Part shown: positions 1-15,502 of the stretch, in pieces
How the letters are laid out: the number at the start of each line of letters is the position of its first letter
How positions within the stretch are numbered: the first letter of the stretch is position 1
DNA from: the human T2T-CHM13v2.0 reference genome, Homo sapiens
NCBI RefSeq assembly: GCF_009914755.1
Contig: NC_060941.1
DNA length: 64,000 nucleotides
Direction: 5' to 3' (one strand)
The notes under the pieces: model-generated
Seen by the model: the letters and a program-made list of their open reading frames with translations, nothing else
Told to the model about the DNA's origin: nothing
The model's database searches: none
Translations under genes and position numbers: made by a program

Positions 1-745
1 AGGATGTGCAGGTTTGTTCCATAGGTAAACATGTGCCGTGGTGGTTTGCTGTACGGATCATCCCATCACCTCGGTATTAAGCCCTGCATGCATTAGCTAT
101 TCTTCCTGATGCTCTTCCTCCCCCCACCCACCACCCCCCGACAGGTGCCCCAGAGTGTGTTGTTTCCCCACGTGTCCATCTCTTTTCATCCTTCAGCTTC
201 CACTTGTAAGTGAGAACATGTGGTGTTTGGTTTTCTGTTCCTGCGTTAGTTTGCTGAGGATAATGGCTCCCAACTCCATCCATGTCCCGGCAAAGGACAT
301 GATCTTGTTCCTTTTCATGGCTGCATAGTATTCCGTGGTATATATCTGCCACATTTTCTTAAGTTTATTCTGTTTTTTTTGGAGACAGAGTCTCACTTTG
401 TCACCCAGGCTGGAGTGCAGTGGCATAATCTCAGCTCACTGCAACCTCCTACAACTTTCACCTCCTGGGTACAAGTGATTCTCATGCCTCACCCTCCCAA
501 GTAGCTGGCACTACAGGTGTGTGCCACCACATCCAGCTAATTTTTGTATTTTTAGTACAGACAGGGTTTCACCATATTGCCCAGGCTGGTCTCGCATTCC
601 TGACCTCAAGCAACGGGCCCAACTCGGCTTCCCAAAGTGCTGGGATTATAGGTGTGAGCCGCTGCACCCAGCTGGCCGTATCGCATTTTCTTTATGCAGT
701 CTATCATTGATGGGCATTTAGGTTGATTCCCTGTCTTTGCTATCA
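1..745 (-). mobile_element. L1PA-type LINE-1 3' end, interrupted by an Alu at about 367-672
   Basis: Classic antisense L1 3' UTR/ORF2 end; the minus-strand ORF shows the L1 ORF2 C-terminus (MSFAGTWMEL). Confidence 0.9.
367..672 (-). mobile_element. Alu
   Basis: Antisense Alu consensus with T tail. Confidence 0.9.
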
Positions 746-1453
746 TAAACAGAAGCATTCTTTCCTAAGAAGGAAATTTAAATCTTGAATAGATTGTGCA
801 TTCACAAAGTTTAAGGTACAAAGGCAGTATATTCAGGAAAAAAATCACCCTCCTTTAGGCACCTGTCTCTCCATCCCTAAGGTAGTTCTGCTCCCCAACA
901 GGGAACCAAGGTTACCAGTTCCTCTTTAAACTCTACCCTGTGGAATATTTCAGTGCTTTGGAGCAGAAGGGAAAGTTGGGAATAAGGGTGGTGTGAGGAA
1001 GAGGGAGGGCGCAGTCCCAGTGGGAGGGTGCCTGTACAGCCCAGTCTCTAGAACTCTGGGGAGTGGGGAGTGCTCATCCCCCAGTGAGAAGGAAGAAAAT
1101 GCTTTTCCTCCCTCCAGGCCTGAAGCTTAGCTGTGGATGCAGAGGCTGTTCTTTCTTTTACAGCTTGCTTCAGGCTGAATCTTCTTAGTCTTATCAAAAG
1201 CCCTTTCTGTCTTAATCCAGGTTTATCAGCACATCAACATGTCTTTAAATAGAATGCAAATTTAAAACCAATACTAAAAATATTAAAATGGTTTTGCCAC
1301 CCCCTGCTGTAGCCTATTTATAATTTCAGCCAGTATCATCCCGTGGTGTATTTTTGCTCCCTTCTATATAAAGTAGAGCCATCTTTTGTTAGCATGTGCA
1401 TGGATGACTCTCCTGAGCTGAGTCCTGCTTAATGCTTCTTTCCTGAATTCCAG

Positions 1454-1565
1454 ATTGCTTACTGGGAAGTATTTGATGGGACAGTAATCAGAGAATTGGA
1501 AGGTTCCCTGTCTGGGTCGATAAATGGCATGGATATCACACAGGAAGGGGTGCACTTTGTCACAG
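1454..1565 (+). CDS. CFAP52: CFAP52 (WDR16) penultimate coding exon, 112 nt: IAYWEVFDGTVIRELEGSLSGSINGMDITQEGVHFVT(G)
   Basis: ttccag acceptor ending at 1453 and GT donor at 1566. WD40-type translation. Ends in phase 1 and joins the next exon in frame. Confidence 0.93.
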
Positions 1566-1926
1566 GTTAGTCCTGGGATAGGAAAAAGCCAAGCCTGGCT
1601 TATTTAGACGAGGACATGGAAGGAACTCCCAGGCTAGAGGCAATTGGAAAAGACAACAAAAGGGTCTCAAGGCAACTTGGTTAGAATCAGATTCCAACCA
1701 ATACTGCAGCCAATGTGGCTGAGAAAGAAAAATCCAGAAGTCACATTTCAATGAGAGGAAACATTTGCACAAGAGCCTTAAGAGCACAAATAAAAGCCAA
1801 GACTTAGATTGCTAGGCTTGCTATTTTTGGTGGGCATTGATAATAGAAATGGGGCCTTTAAATGGCCTGGGCTGTCCAGCATACTTCTAAAGTCTTAAAA
1901 GCCAGTCTTTTAATTCCACTTTATTA

Positions 1927-2391
<465 letters not shown>

Positions 2392-2752
2392 TTAAGTTTC
2401 ACAAGTACATTGACTACAAAGCAGGTATCAAACTAGACACAGTGTGATCCCAATCATATATATGATGTATATGTATACCAGTATACTTATAGAGAAAAGA
2501 CTGGAAGGAACTAAGCCAAGATATTACTAGTGGTTATTTCTGGGTAGTGGGATGAAATGTGATTTTACCTCTTTGTATTTCCCCCTCCTCTTCAAATTTA
2601 CTGCAACAGATAGATTTTTATAATCAAGTAAAAGTGTTATTATAAAGACAGATACATGGGGACCATGTTGAAAATGATCCAGTTATTTGAAATCAGGGCT
2701 GTTTCTCTCTCTCCTATTGCAGCAATGCCATATACGTGTTTATCTTTTTCAG

Positions 2753-2928
2753 GTGGAAATGACCATCTGGTCAAAGTTTGGGATTATAATGAGGGTGAAG
2801 TGACTCACGTTGGGGTGGGACACAGTGGCAACATCACACGCATCCGCATAAGTCCAGGAAATCAATATATTGTTAGTGTAAGTGCCGATGGAGCCATTTT
2901 GCGATGGAAGTACCCATATACCTCCTGA
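2753..2928 (+). CDS. CFAP52: CFAP52 last coding exon: (G)GNDHLVKVWDYNEGEVTHVGVGHSGNITRIRISPGNQYIVSVSADGAILRWKYPYTS*
   Basis: tttttcag acceptor ending at 2752. GH..WD repeat signature. TGA at 2926-2928, matching ORF 2656..2928. Confidence 0.95.
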
Positions 2929-3156
2929 AGCTGATGAGATGTCTCTGAGCCTTGGCGTTGCACGCAGTCCTGTTGAAGACTGAGTTTAGATAACTCCAAC
3001 ACTAGTCTTCATTTCTCACAGCTCTGTTTTTGTTCTTGAGTCAATTTTTCTCTTTTTCTTTATAGAATGCATTTTATATTCTTAAATTGCATATTAAAAT
3101 TGAAGTATGTTCAAGAATAATTTGTGCAGACTCTAATTAGAACTTTTAACATTTTG

Positions 3157-3162
3157 AATAAA
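3157..3162 (+). terminator. CFAP52: Probable CFAP52 polyadenylation signal AATAAA
   Basis: AATAAA about 230 nt after the stop, followed by a GT/T-rich element (ttagttgttggttttctgtt). A variant ATTAAA lies at 3093-3098. Confidence 0.75.
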
Positions 3163-3828
3163 TTCTTAGTTGTTGGTTTTCTGTTATAATTTGTTTTCTG
3201 CAACTCTGCAAAACCCACAGACCTTCCTCATGATCTGTGCACAGACAGCATTGCTATTATCCTCTAAAAATAAGGTGAGGTGAATTTCCTTCTTAATTGC
3301 CATTTCATTGGTCAAGCTATATGGGACTAGACTCAGATTTAAATCCAGATCTTGGGCAGGCTTCTTAAAAATTCTCTGAGCCACAATTTTCTCTTTTGTC
3401 AAGCAAGAGTAAGTTCCTGCTCAAAAGGTTATTGTGAGAATTAAGTGACTAATGTACTAAAGCATCGGCAGAATTCCTGACAGGGTAGAGAGAAATATGC
3501 ATGCTTTCTCAAAGAAAATGTGTGGTGTTGGGGATCTCAGGACAATTACCAAAGAAAGATGAAATTACAGAGATGCTTTATTGGAGTTGGCCATTACATC
3601 TTTCTTCTGTGCTTTCCACCAGAAGGGTGATGAAATGGACCTTGTGTCCTTGTGTATTAATCACCCAGCCGGGTATCTTTTTCCAGAGAGGGGTAAATAA
3701 TGGCATTTTCCAGAACGCAAGTCTCCGATTCACAGTACCGTCTGATGTTTTAAGCATGTTATTTATCCTTTAAGTAAGGCTGCTTTTTTGCATGAGGTAA
3801 CTGCTGTAACCCGGTTTGAAAGATCAAG

Positions 3829-4156
<328 letters not shown>

Positions 4157-4299
4157 TGATGATCACTTATTAAACAACAAGTAACATTTCAGAGCGTTAG
4201 AATACTGCATCTCACATGGTGCTGATCTCTTCCTGAGCTAGAAATTGACGAGAAAGTCATTTTGCAAGACCTTGCCTGATTAATTATAAACCTGACAGT

Positions 4300-4600
4300 T
4301 GCATGGGATAAAGTGAGGGGTGGGGGAGGGGCCCAGGGTTACCCAGGGAATCAAGGGCGGGGCAAGGCCAAACTAATTCTGATTGGGCAATCATTCAACA
4401 AGGATCGTGCGTTAAGGAGTGAACCAGAAACCGCGTAGGGGGCGCGCCTGAGAGCCTGAAAACTTCCTGGTTAGCAAATACTGAGGCTGGAAAGGGCCTG
4501 AACTTGGCAGTCCATAGATCCAGGTCGAGTTCCGGTTTCCCTGCTTACGGATCGGGCGGCCTCCCTACGTTGCGATAACCTCTCTGAGCCCCCTTCCTTG
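4300..4600. promoter_or_regulatory. Upstream promoter-like motif cluster (G4 motif, GC box, inverted CCAAT, ETS site)
   Basis: GGGGTGGGGGAGGGGCCCAGGG at 4317-4338; GGGCGGGGC at 4355-4363; ATTGG at 4382-4386; ACTTCCTG at 4462-4469; CpGs retained. Confidence 0.5.
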
Positions 4601-4719
4601 CCGATTAAAGCAAGGGTGATCAAGTCTTGCAAGTTTTTGGAAAATGATTCTAACCCAATCTGTGGTGTAAAAAAGCAAACCACAACCACTCGGGGGCTTT
4701 TTTCACAGGGCAACACGTG

Positions 4720-5930
4720 GCTCCCAGTTCAGGTCCCGGGTTGGCGGGTGCAGGCACAGACTCTGCCTCCCCCCAAGGGGCAGACGGTCTGGAAGGAGGT
4801 GGCGACACCTGTCCGCACACACCTGAGCCTGCGGAGGAACCAGCGGTGCACAAAAGCGCTCCCCACCCCCACACAGCGCCCAGCGCGCGCCTCTCACCAC
4901 GCCCGAGGCTGTGCTCTGGAGATGCCTGCCTTGCCCTTTTCTTCCTGCAGTAGCCAGGCCTTTACCATTTACTAGGCGCTTTCAGAATGTTCATTTCTCC
5001 GTAATTTCCACTGCTTGAAGGCTGCTCGAGGAACAGGAGCAGCGGCGAAACCCAGGTCTGTCGGTTTACGAGGTAAGGAAGGGTGGGGAATCCGACCACG
5101 AAGACTCCCAGTCAGCGCAGCGGGGGCGGCACCAGGCAGGGGTAGGGGTGGCCCGGCGCTGCCCTGGAGGGGGCTGGTCGTGCCGCCGGATTCCCGCGCG
5201 GGGCGGGGCTGCCCCGCCCTTGGCTCCGCCTCCGCCCCGTCCCCGCACACCTGGCCCGCAGGTAGCCGGCACCAGGAGCCTTAGAGAAGCTGTAGGGCCT
5301 GCTGGCCGCTCGTCCGCCTCGCGCCCGGGGGCTCCGCGCCTGGAGCTGCGCCGGCGGCAGCCATGGACCTGGGCCCCGGGGACGCGGCAGGAGGGGGACC
5401 GCTCGCGCCCCGGCCCCGCCGCCGCCGCTCCCTGCGCCGCCTGTTCAGCCGCTTCCTGCTGGCGCTGGGCAGCCGCTCACGCCCCGGGGACTCACCGCCC
5501 CGGCCCCAGCCGGGACACTGTGATGGCGACGGTGAGGGGGGCTTCGCCTGCGCCCCGGGCCCAGTTCCAGCGGCCCCCGGGAGCCCCGGGGAGGAACGCC
5601 CGCCCGGACCCCAGCCCCAGCTCCAGCTCCCCGCCGGCGATGGGGCGCGGCCGCCGGGCGCTCAGGGCTTGAAGAACCACGGCAACACCTGTTTCATGAA
5701 CGCGGTGGTGCAGTGTCTCAGCAACACCGACCTGCTGGCCGAGTTCCTGGCGCTGGGGCGCTACCGGGCGGCTCCGGGCCGCGCCGAGGTCACCGAGCAG
5801 CTGGCGGCGCTGGTGCGCGCGCTCTGGACTCGCGAATACACGCCCCAACTTTCCGCGGAGTTCAAGGTAGGCAGCGCTGCGCCGCCGACCGCCCTGTCCC
5901 CCTGGTTTCGCCTCTTGAAAAGTGTGTGCA
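4720..5930. promoter_or_regulatory. USP43: CpG island / USP43 promoter and exon 1
   Basis: Very high GC and CpG density. Multiple GC boxes including an inverted pair at 5201-5219. Strong Kozak context cagccATGG at 5363. Confidence 0.9.
5363..5866 (+). CDS. USP43: USP43 coding exon 1 (504 nt, aa 1-168), including the Cys box GLKNHGNTCFMNAVVQCL with catalytic Cys110 (TGT 5690-5692)
   Basis: ORF 5363.. MDLGPGDAAGGG; USP Cys-box motif; donor AAG|gtaggc at 5867. Confidence 0.97.
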
Positions 5931-6119
5931 CGATCAGGAAAGGGTTTTCTTGGGGCCTTCTTTAAATGCCGTTGACCAGTTCAGCCCCGGATTACCGGCT
6001 TTGTTTTGAGTCGATGTGTTACGCTGTCGCTTGCTTATGTTTTCTTTGTAAATTAATTCTCCTAGGTATTTTGAGAGGGAGTGGGGTGAGCTGGCAGATT
6101 GAAGGGTAATCAGCGTTTT

Positions 6120-6500
6120 TGGATTCAACAAGCATTTGTTGAAGTATTGAAGGCTTGTGGGCCAGACAGTGTTCTAATGCCAGCTCTAGAGCTTCCAGTC
6201 TGGAATGATGTGGGGTAGGGAATGGGATGTTGAAGGCCAAGGCCTCAGAGGAAGGAGGTGATGCTTGCGTTGAGATCTGAATGATGAGAAGGATGCAGTC
6301 AGGGCAAGCTGTAGGACTAATCCAGGCAGGAGGAACAGCAAGTACAATTGCCATAGACCCGAAGGAGCTGAGTGCTGGAGACAGGGAAAGAAAAGCAGTG
6401 GCGTTGGAGCTTAGGAGGCAGATGAGTTTCGCCAGATCACGTAAGACCTAGGAGGCAACGGTAAAGAGTTTGGATTTTATTCTAAGCCCAGTGGAATCTG
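6120..6500 (-). mobile_element. L2 fragment
   Basis: ttcaacaagcatttgttgaa...ccagacagtgttcta matches the L2 3' end, antisense. Confidence 0.6.
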
Positions 6501-7109
6501 ACAACCTACAGGCCAGGTACCGTGCTGAGTGCCCAGCAAAGGCAGTGAGCGTGCTATTTTGGAGATAGCATCCTTTTGTTTAAGGCGCATTCAATCCCCT
6601 ACAATGTATGAGCACGGGCTTGCATTTTATTGTCTGCAAGATCACGGTCTACTTACTCGGGTTGCTGCCGGGTCGTGAGGCTTTGTAAATTGTTTGTATC
6701 ACTTCACCCGGGATTAAAACGGGGTGTTTGTTTGGGGTCCCAGTTGGATTAAAGCGTTCCTGATAATTGATGCACATGGCTTGCTTCCTGCAAAAAAAAA
6801 AAAAAAAAAAGAAAAAAAAGAAAAAAAAAGAAGAAGAAACCCGCAGCTCTGGGCAGAGAACTGAAGCTCCCTACAGACTAGTGATTGTTGTTCTTGGGGG
6901 AGGGGGAAACCTGTCAGTGTTCATTCCACAAGCATCACCGCTCTTGAGTTTCAGCCCGAGAAAGCAGTGTTTGCCATGTGACCCATGAGATGCCAACCCC
7001 CACCTTCCTCCCTCCTGCCTCCATTAGTGAAGCACTGTTCTGCAGCAGCCAGTGGGTCAAATGGTTGTCACTAAATGTCTCTTTTTGGTGACATTTGCTT
7101 TTTAAGAAA

Positions 7110-7300
7110 GAGGCAGTATAGTATAGTGGTTAAGAGCAAGGTCTCTGGAGTTTTGTGACCTTGAGCAAGTTACCAGATCTCTCTGTGCCGCAACTTTCTT
7201 CATCTTTAATATAGAACCATAATGGTACTTACCTCGTTATACGGTTGTTGTATTAAATGAGTTCTATGTAGAACACAGTGCCAGCCCCACAGGAAATGTT
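7110..7300 (+). mobile_element. MIR
   Basis: gtgaccttgagcaagttac...ctctctgtgc...catct MIR core. Confidence 0.7.
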
Positions 7301-7451
7301 CATTATTCTATCACGACACCTTCTCACCTGCAGAAACCTAGAGCAGGGAGGGAGGTAATCTTTATGTACATTTTCTCTTGCTAGATGCATTTCCATCCAG
7401 TTACCACAGCAATGGGAGAGGGCTGCAGTAGTTTGAAAACACTTCGAAATT

Positions 7452-7793
<342 letters not shown>

Positions 7794-8555
7794 TCACCCT
7801 CAATGACTCACCAGAATTCCCTATCTCTCTCCCGCTGTCAAATCCCCAGGGCCTGGGAGCTCCCAGTAAGCCTCAGGGAATTGAAGGATAATCAAGTTTG
7901 TAATATGTTAATGAGGGAGATACAATCTGGAATTTCCTGGGATTTTTGGGTAGTCAGCTTTGGAGGGAGGAGTGGAGGATCCCAGAATCCAGGCTTTAAA
8001 TATTATGGATTGAAATCTAGGTGAGCTCTTCTTATTTTACAGATGGGGAAACATTCGTTCAACAAATATTTATTGAATGTCCAGAGAGTAGACTAGGAAT
8101 GCATGGAATGCATGATGAGTGATGAGTACAAACCCAGATTCTGGGGCTGCTCTCCAGGAGCTTATGGTCTAGAGGTAGAAATGGATGTTAATGAAATAAT
8201 CACACAGGCACATGATTGGAACAGAAACATGTTAGAAAGGACAAATACAAGGTGCTATGACAGTTACAGCAGGAAAATGTGATTGGATTGGGGGAGATCC
8301 TGTGGGGTGGGCAGGGAAAGCTTCCCTGGAGAGGTAACCAACCGCTGAGTTGAATTTTGAAGGATTAGGTGTCAATGAAGGGCTTGGGAAGATGGGAGAG
8401 TGCATTCCAGGACCTGGGAACTGGAATGCCAACCAGGGAAGGAGGTGGGGCCGAGAGACCTTCAGTTCAATAAATGAATAAAAGCCCACTTGGCTGGGGA
8501 GGAAAGGCTGGAGAATTAGTTGCAGACACACCACACAAGGTTTTCTTAAGGAGTC

Positions 8556-8736
8556 TTGTCTTTTCCTTTCTCTTTCTGTTTCTCTTTCTCTCTCTCTTTT
8601 CCTTCCTTCCTTCCTCTTTCTTTCTTTTTCTTTCTCTCTCTCTCTCCCACTCTTTCTGTCTCTCTCCCTCTCTCTCTCTCTCTCTCTCCCTCCCTCCCTT
8701 CTTTTCTTCCTTCCTTCCTTTCCCTCTCTCTCTCTT
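8556..8736. repeat. Polypyrimidine (CT/CTTT/CCTT)n low-complexity tract, about 180 bp
   Basis: Almost pure pyrimidines; lies at the tail of the antisense Alu fragment at 8737. Confidence 0.9.
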
Positions 8737-9372
<636 letters not shown>

Positions 9373-9664
9373 TTTTCTAATGATGTAATTAAATGTTGCA
9401 CATTGTAAAAAAAAAAAAAAAAAAAGTTAAAATGTAGAAAAAAAAAGAGATCTGTAATTTTAACCCCTAGAGATAACCATTGTAAATATACTGATACGTT
9501 TCAAGGTATATACAAACAATTGAAAATTTTAGTTTTACATCCTGCTTTTCTCATTTAAGCATTGTTACAAGACATTTTCCTAGTCTTAATAATACACAAC
9601 AATCATTAATAATTAAGTCTTTAACAATTAATATATTATTAAATTAACCAATTCTTTATGGAGA

Positions 9665-9849
9665 TCTATGGTTATATTAAAAATTTTAGCCATCTGGAAT
9701 TTATATTAGCTTATGTGCTTAAGCATCAATTTTAGATCTACAGTGATATACTGGAGACATGGCTTTTTAAAAACAAGGATGCCTTCTTCACCACTCTTAC
9801 GTTTTGTAAGTTCTGGACAAAACAGTAAGACATAAAATGGAAATGGAGT
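9665..9849 (+). repeat. Copy 1 of an about 185-bp dispersed direct repeat (copy 2 at 11374-11557)
   Basis: Direct alignment: 5 substitutions and 1 single-base indel. Confidence 0.92.
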
Positions 9850-10090
9850 TTCCATTTTCCAGTATTATACTGTATTGAAGTTTCTTGTATTTAAATCATT
9901 GTCCTCAGCTGTGATTATTCCCATAAGCTTAATTCCTACAAATGGAATTACATAGTCAAAGCAAAAGTATGACTGTTTTATTATCTTTCTATTTTTACTT
10001 TTTAAATAAACTTTATTGAGGTCTAAACTATATACAGTGAAATGTACCCATTATAAGCATAAAATTTAGGAAGTTTTAACAAATGTGTGA

Positions 10091-10441
<351 letters not shown>

Positions 10442-10828
10442 TGAGAACATTTACGATCTATTCCCTTGGCAATTTTCAGGTATATAATGTATTAACTGTA
10501 ATCACCAGGCTGTATAATAAATCTTCATCCCTTATTATTAATTTATTGAACAAAAAGAAATAGCATATTTTTAAAAATTTTAATAGGTTTTTGGGGAACC
10601 GGCAGTATTTGGTTACATGGATAAGTTCTTTAGTGGTGATTTCAGAGACTTTGGTGCACCCGAGCAATGGACACTGGACCCAGCGTGCAGTCTTTCATCC
10701 TTCACCCGTCTCCTACCCTTCCCCTCGAGTCACCAAAGTTCATTATATTGCTCTTGTGCCTTTGCATCCTAAGAAATAACATCATCTTCTAAACTTGCAA
10801 AAATAGTTTTTTATTTTTATTTCTTTGA

Positions 10829-11353
<525 letters not shown>

Positions 11354-11373
11354 TGATTTTGCGTACCTGCTTT

Positions 11374-11557
11374 TCTATGGTTATATTAAAATTTTAGCCA
11401 TCTGGAATTTATATTAGCTTATGTGCTTAAGCATCAATTTTAGATCTACAGTGATATACTGGAGACTTGGCTTTTTAAAAACAAGGATGCCTTCTTCACC
11501 ACTCTTGTGTTTTGGAAGTTCTGGACAAAATAGTAAGACATAAAATGGAAATGGAGT
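11374..11557 (+). repeat. Copy 2 of the about 185-bp direct repeat; contiguous with downstream old L1 ORF2-like sequence
   Basis: Aligns to 9665-9849; aacaaggatgcc...caccactc resembles L1 ORF2. Confidence 0.92.
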
Positions 11558-11830
11558 AAAAAATATTAGAAAGAAAATTGCTAAAATATGCTAGAAATCC
11601 TTATTTTAGCTTTATTACTGTCATTCATGATACCAGATAGAAGGTAGAAAATCAAAGGAATAATCATTTAGAACATATAAAATTAGATTTGTATTCAGAA
11701 AACAACCAGAAATATGAAATAACTAGGAATAATTTTAATAAGAAATGTTAAAAATTATCAATGTTTGGGAAATAAAACATACATACAGGTAGAGTTATGC
11801 CATGTTGAAGGAGAGAAATAACCAAATCTA

Positions 11831-11940
11831 GGGCTGAGCACAGTGGCTCATGCCTGTAATCCTAGCACTTTGAGAGGCCGAGATGGGAGGACCGCTTGAG
11901 GCCAGGAGTTCAGCCTGGTCAACACAGCAAGCCCTTAGCG

Positions 11941-11972
<32 letters not shown>

Positions 11973-11983
11973 GGAAAAAAAAG
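11831..11983 (+). mobile_element. FLAM / Alu left monomer
   Basis: Single Alu arm plus poly(A). Confidence 0.8.
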
Positions 11984-12064
11984 ATGTGAGATAAGTAACC
12001 AAATATTACAGTTAATTCTTCCCAAGCTAGTTAACTGTTTGGGAACTGCTTTGTGCAGTTCTAG

Positions 12065-12389
<325 letters not shown>

Positions 12390-12934
12390 TGTTTCCATAG
12401 ACTTTCTAGGGGAATGTCTTCTGTATTCATCAATAGGTTATTAAAAAAAAATTCCAAGAAATACCTGCCAAATACTTTATAACTGGAAAAAGACAAAGAA
12501 CAATGTTCACTGTTAAAAAACTTTGTCATTTACAAATGAAAATAAAACAATTGCTCATGATCCCATTATTCTATGATAACCATTTGCTACTATTTTGCCA
12601 TGTATTTTCTGCTCTTTTATTTTTCTATCTATAAATATATACATAAAACAATCTCAAATATGTATTTTTGCATTTTTTCTTCTATGACCGGATTATTATT
12701 TTCTTTATCATTTGTATTTCATCAGTCATAAATTTTAAGGCCATCTGAGTATGTCATAAGTTTTCACCCAGATAACTTTGATATATACAGACATCTCTGG
12801 TTGTATCTCTCATTTCCTAAGGCAAAATCACCAAAAGTGGAATTGCTGTTTATGGAGAGGGACATTTTTAAGGCCCTATCTTGTCTTGCTTCTTGAAGTT
12901 GTCACCTCCTTTCTGAAAAGGTTGTCAGGTACTA

Positions 12935-13337
<403 letters not shown>

Positions 13338-13858
13338 GTAAAGGTCTAGACTGTAGAAGTAGGAAAGAGTGTTTGGGGCAGCTAGGTGGATTACTTACCT
13401 GGAGCTTTGAAACATGGAATGATATGGTTTGGGGCTGAACGACAGAGGGTGCTTGGACTATTTGGTGGTGAGCAGGAGAGTAAGGAACGATTTGGAGTCA
13501 GAGCATGACAATATTCAGCTGAGCTATAGGAAAATTGGTCTGGTCTACCATGAAGTCAGTGGGTTGGCAAGGGGAGAACCTAGGGGCTGGGTCCCTCCTT
13601 AGGTAGATATTGTTGTCTGGGTCAGCTGTAGGTGAAACTCAACAGTTGGAATGAGACTCTTCTATAGGGGAAGGGTAGAGACATTTGGGAACCAGCATCC
13701 AGAATGCTTAACAGCTGACCGATATGAAGGAGAACCTGAAAGATGACACCTACATTAAAAGGATGAGCTGGTTTTAGAGATTTTGAGTTGGAAGGGCCGG
13801 CTGCTCACCCAGAAGAGAATGTTGGTACAAGAAGATAGGTTTGAGGGTTGTTTGGGGG

Positions 13859-14055
13859 TAGGGTTGCCAGATGAAAAATATTTACCATGCCCAGCTGACT
13901 TTTAATTGCAGATAAAAATTGAATAACTTTTTAGTGTAAATACGTCCCAAATATTGCATGGGACATATTTCTACTAAAAACATATTCATTGTTTATGTGA
14001 AATTCAAATCTATCTGAGCATCTTGTATTTTTATTTACTAAATCTGGTAGCCCTA
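13859..14055. mobile_element. MER53 (hAT-type palindromic MITE)
   Basis: Termini TAGGGTTGCCAGAT...ATCTGGTAGCCCTA and central gtcccaaatattgcatgggac match the MER53 consensus as I recall it. Confidence 0.85.
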
Positions 14056-14129
14056 CTTGGGAATCAACATGCAGAGAAGCCTGGGGGAAGAATCCAAACT
14101 AATGTGATTGACGTAAAGACTCAGAGCCA

Positions 14130-14766
<637 letters not shown>

Positions 14767-15404
14767 TCTAAAGTCTCCTTTAAATCTCAAGGGAAAATTA
14801 AAAGAAAGAAAGGAAAAAAAAAAAAAAAAAAAAAAAAAAAGCCCAGACTGCCTGATTTGATTGGCAGTGGTAAGGATTGTCCTGGTCCTCAGTCTTATTA
14901 AAACCAGTCCCTTTGGCAGGCATGAACAGAGAACAGACCTGTGTGGGACGAGACTGGAGACTTGGCTCTGCAGTCTAAGAGTGGGTCCCACGGCCATCAC
15001 GTGCTGTGTGCATGTGCATGTGTGGACACACAGACAAGTGATTTGCTTACACCCAGATGCCCACATGCTCACACATGTATAGCAAAAGTCCCTGGAGAGA
15101 TGCTGAAGGAACTGCTAAAAGTGGCTGTCCCCTGAGAAGGGGTACCACGGGATGAAGGCCAGGTAGAAGGAAGACTTCATTATCATCCTTTTCTTATTGA
15201 ATTATTGTTTTTTAGTATGTGCATATATTACTCTTTGCAATAAACTTTTAGAAAGTTGGAATGTACATTTATGCAGAAAATGACAAAGGTGCTACACAAT
15301 TTAACAGAAGGACAGCGCAAGGGATACCAGGAATGCAAACACCACGAGGGCAGTGAGATGAAGAACCTGTTGAAGAAACAGATGTTCATCTTTAACAGTG
15401 CAAA

Positions 15405-15502
15405 CAGATGATGATCTGTTTTGTTCACTGTTGTATCCCCGGTCCCTAGAATAGTGCCTGGCGTGTGGTTGGCACTCAATGCATATTTATCAAAGGAATG
15501 AA
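15405..15502 (+). mobile_element. L2 3' end
   Basis: tgttcactgttgtatcccc...cctagaatagtgcctggc...ctcaatgcatatttatcaaaggaatgaa. Confidence 0.7.

Noticed and set aside
4598-6009. Long overlapping ORFs on both strands around exon 1 (e.g. 5148..5672, 5492..5848)
   Set aside because: GC-rich CpG-island sequence is poor in stop codons. Most of these start at non-ATG codons and have no recognisable domain.
6792-6838. Orphan A-rich run giving a poly-Lys ORF (similar runs at about 9408-9445 and 14797-14840)
   Set aside because: Simple repeats with no recognisable retrocopy body or TSD; mainly a source of oligo-dT mispriming artefacts.
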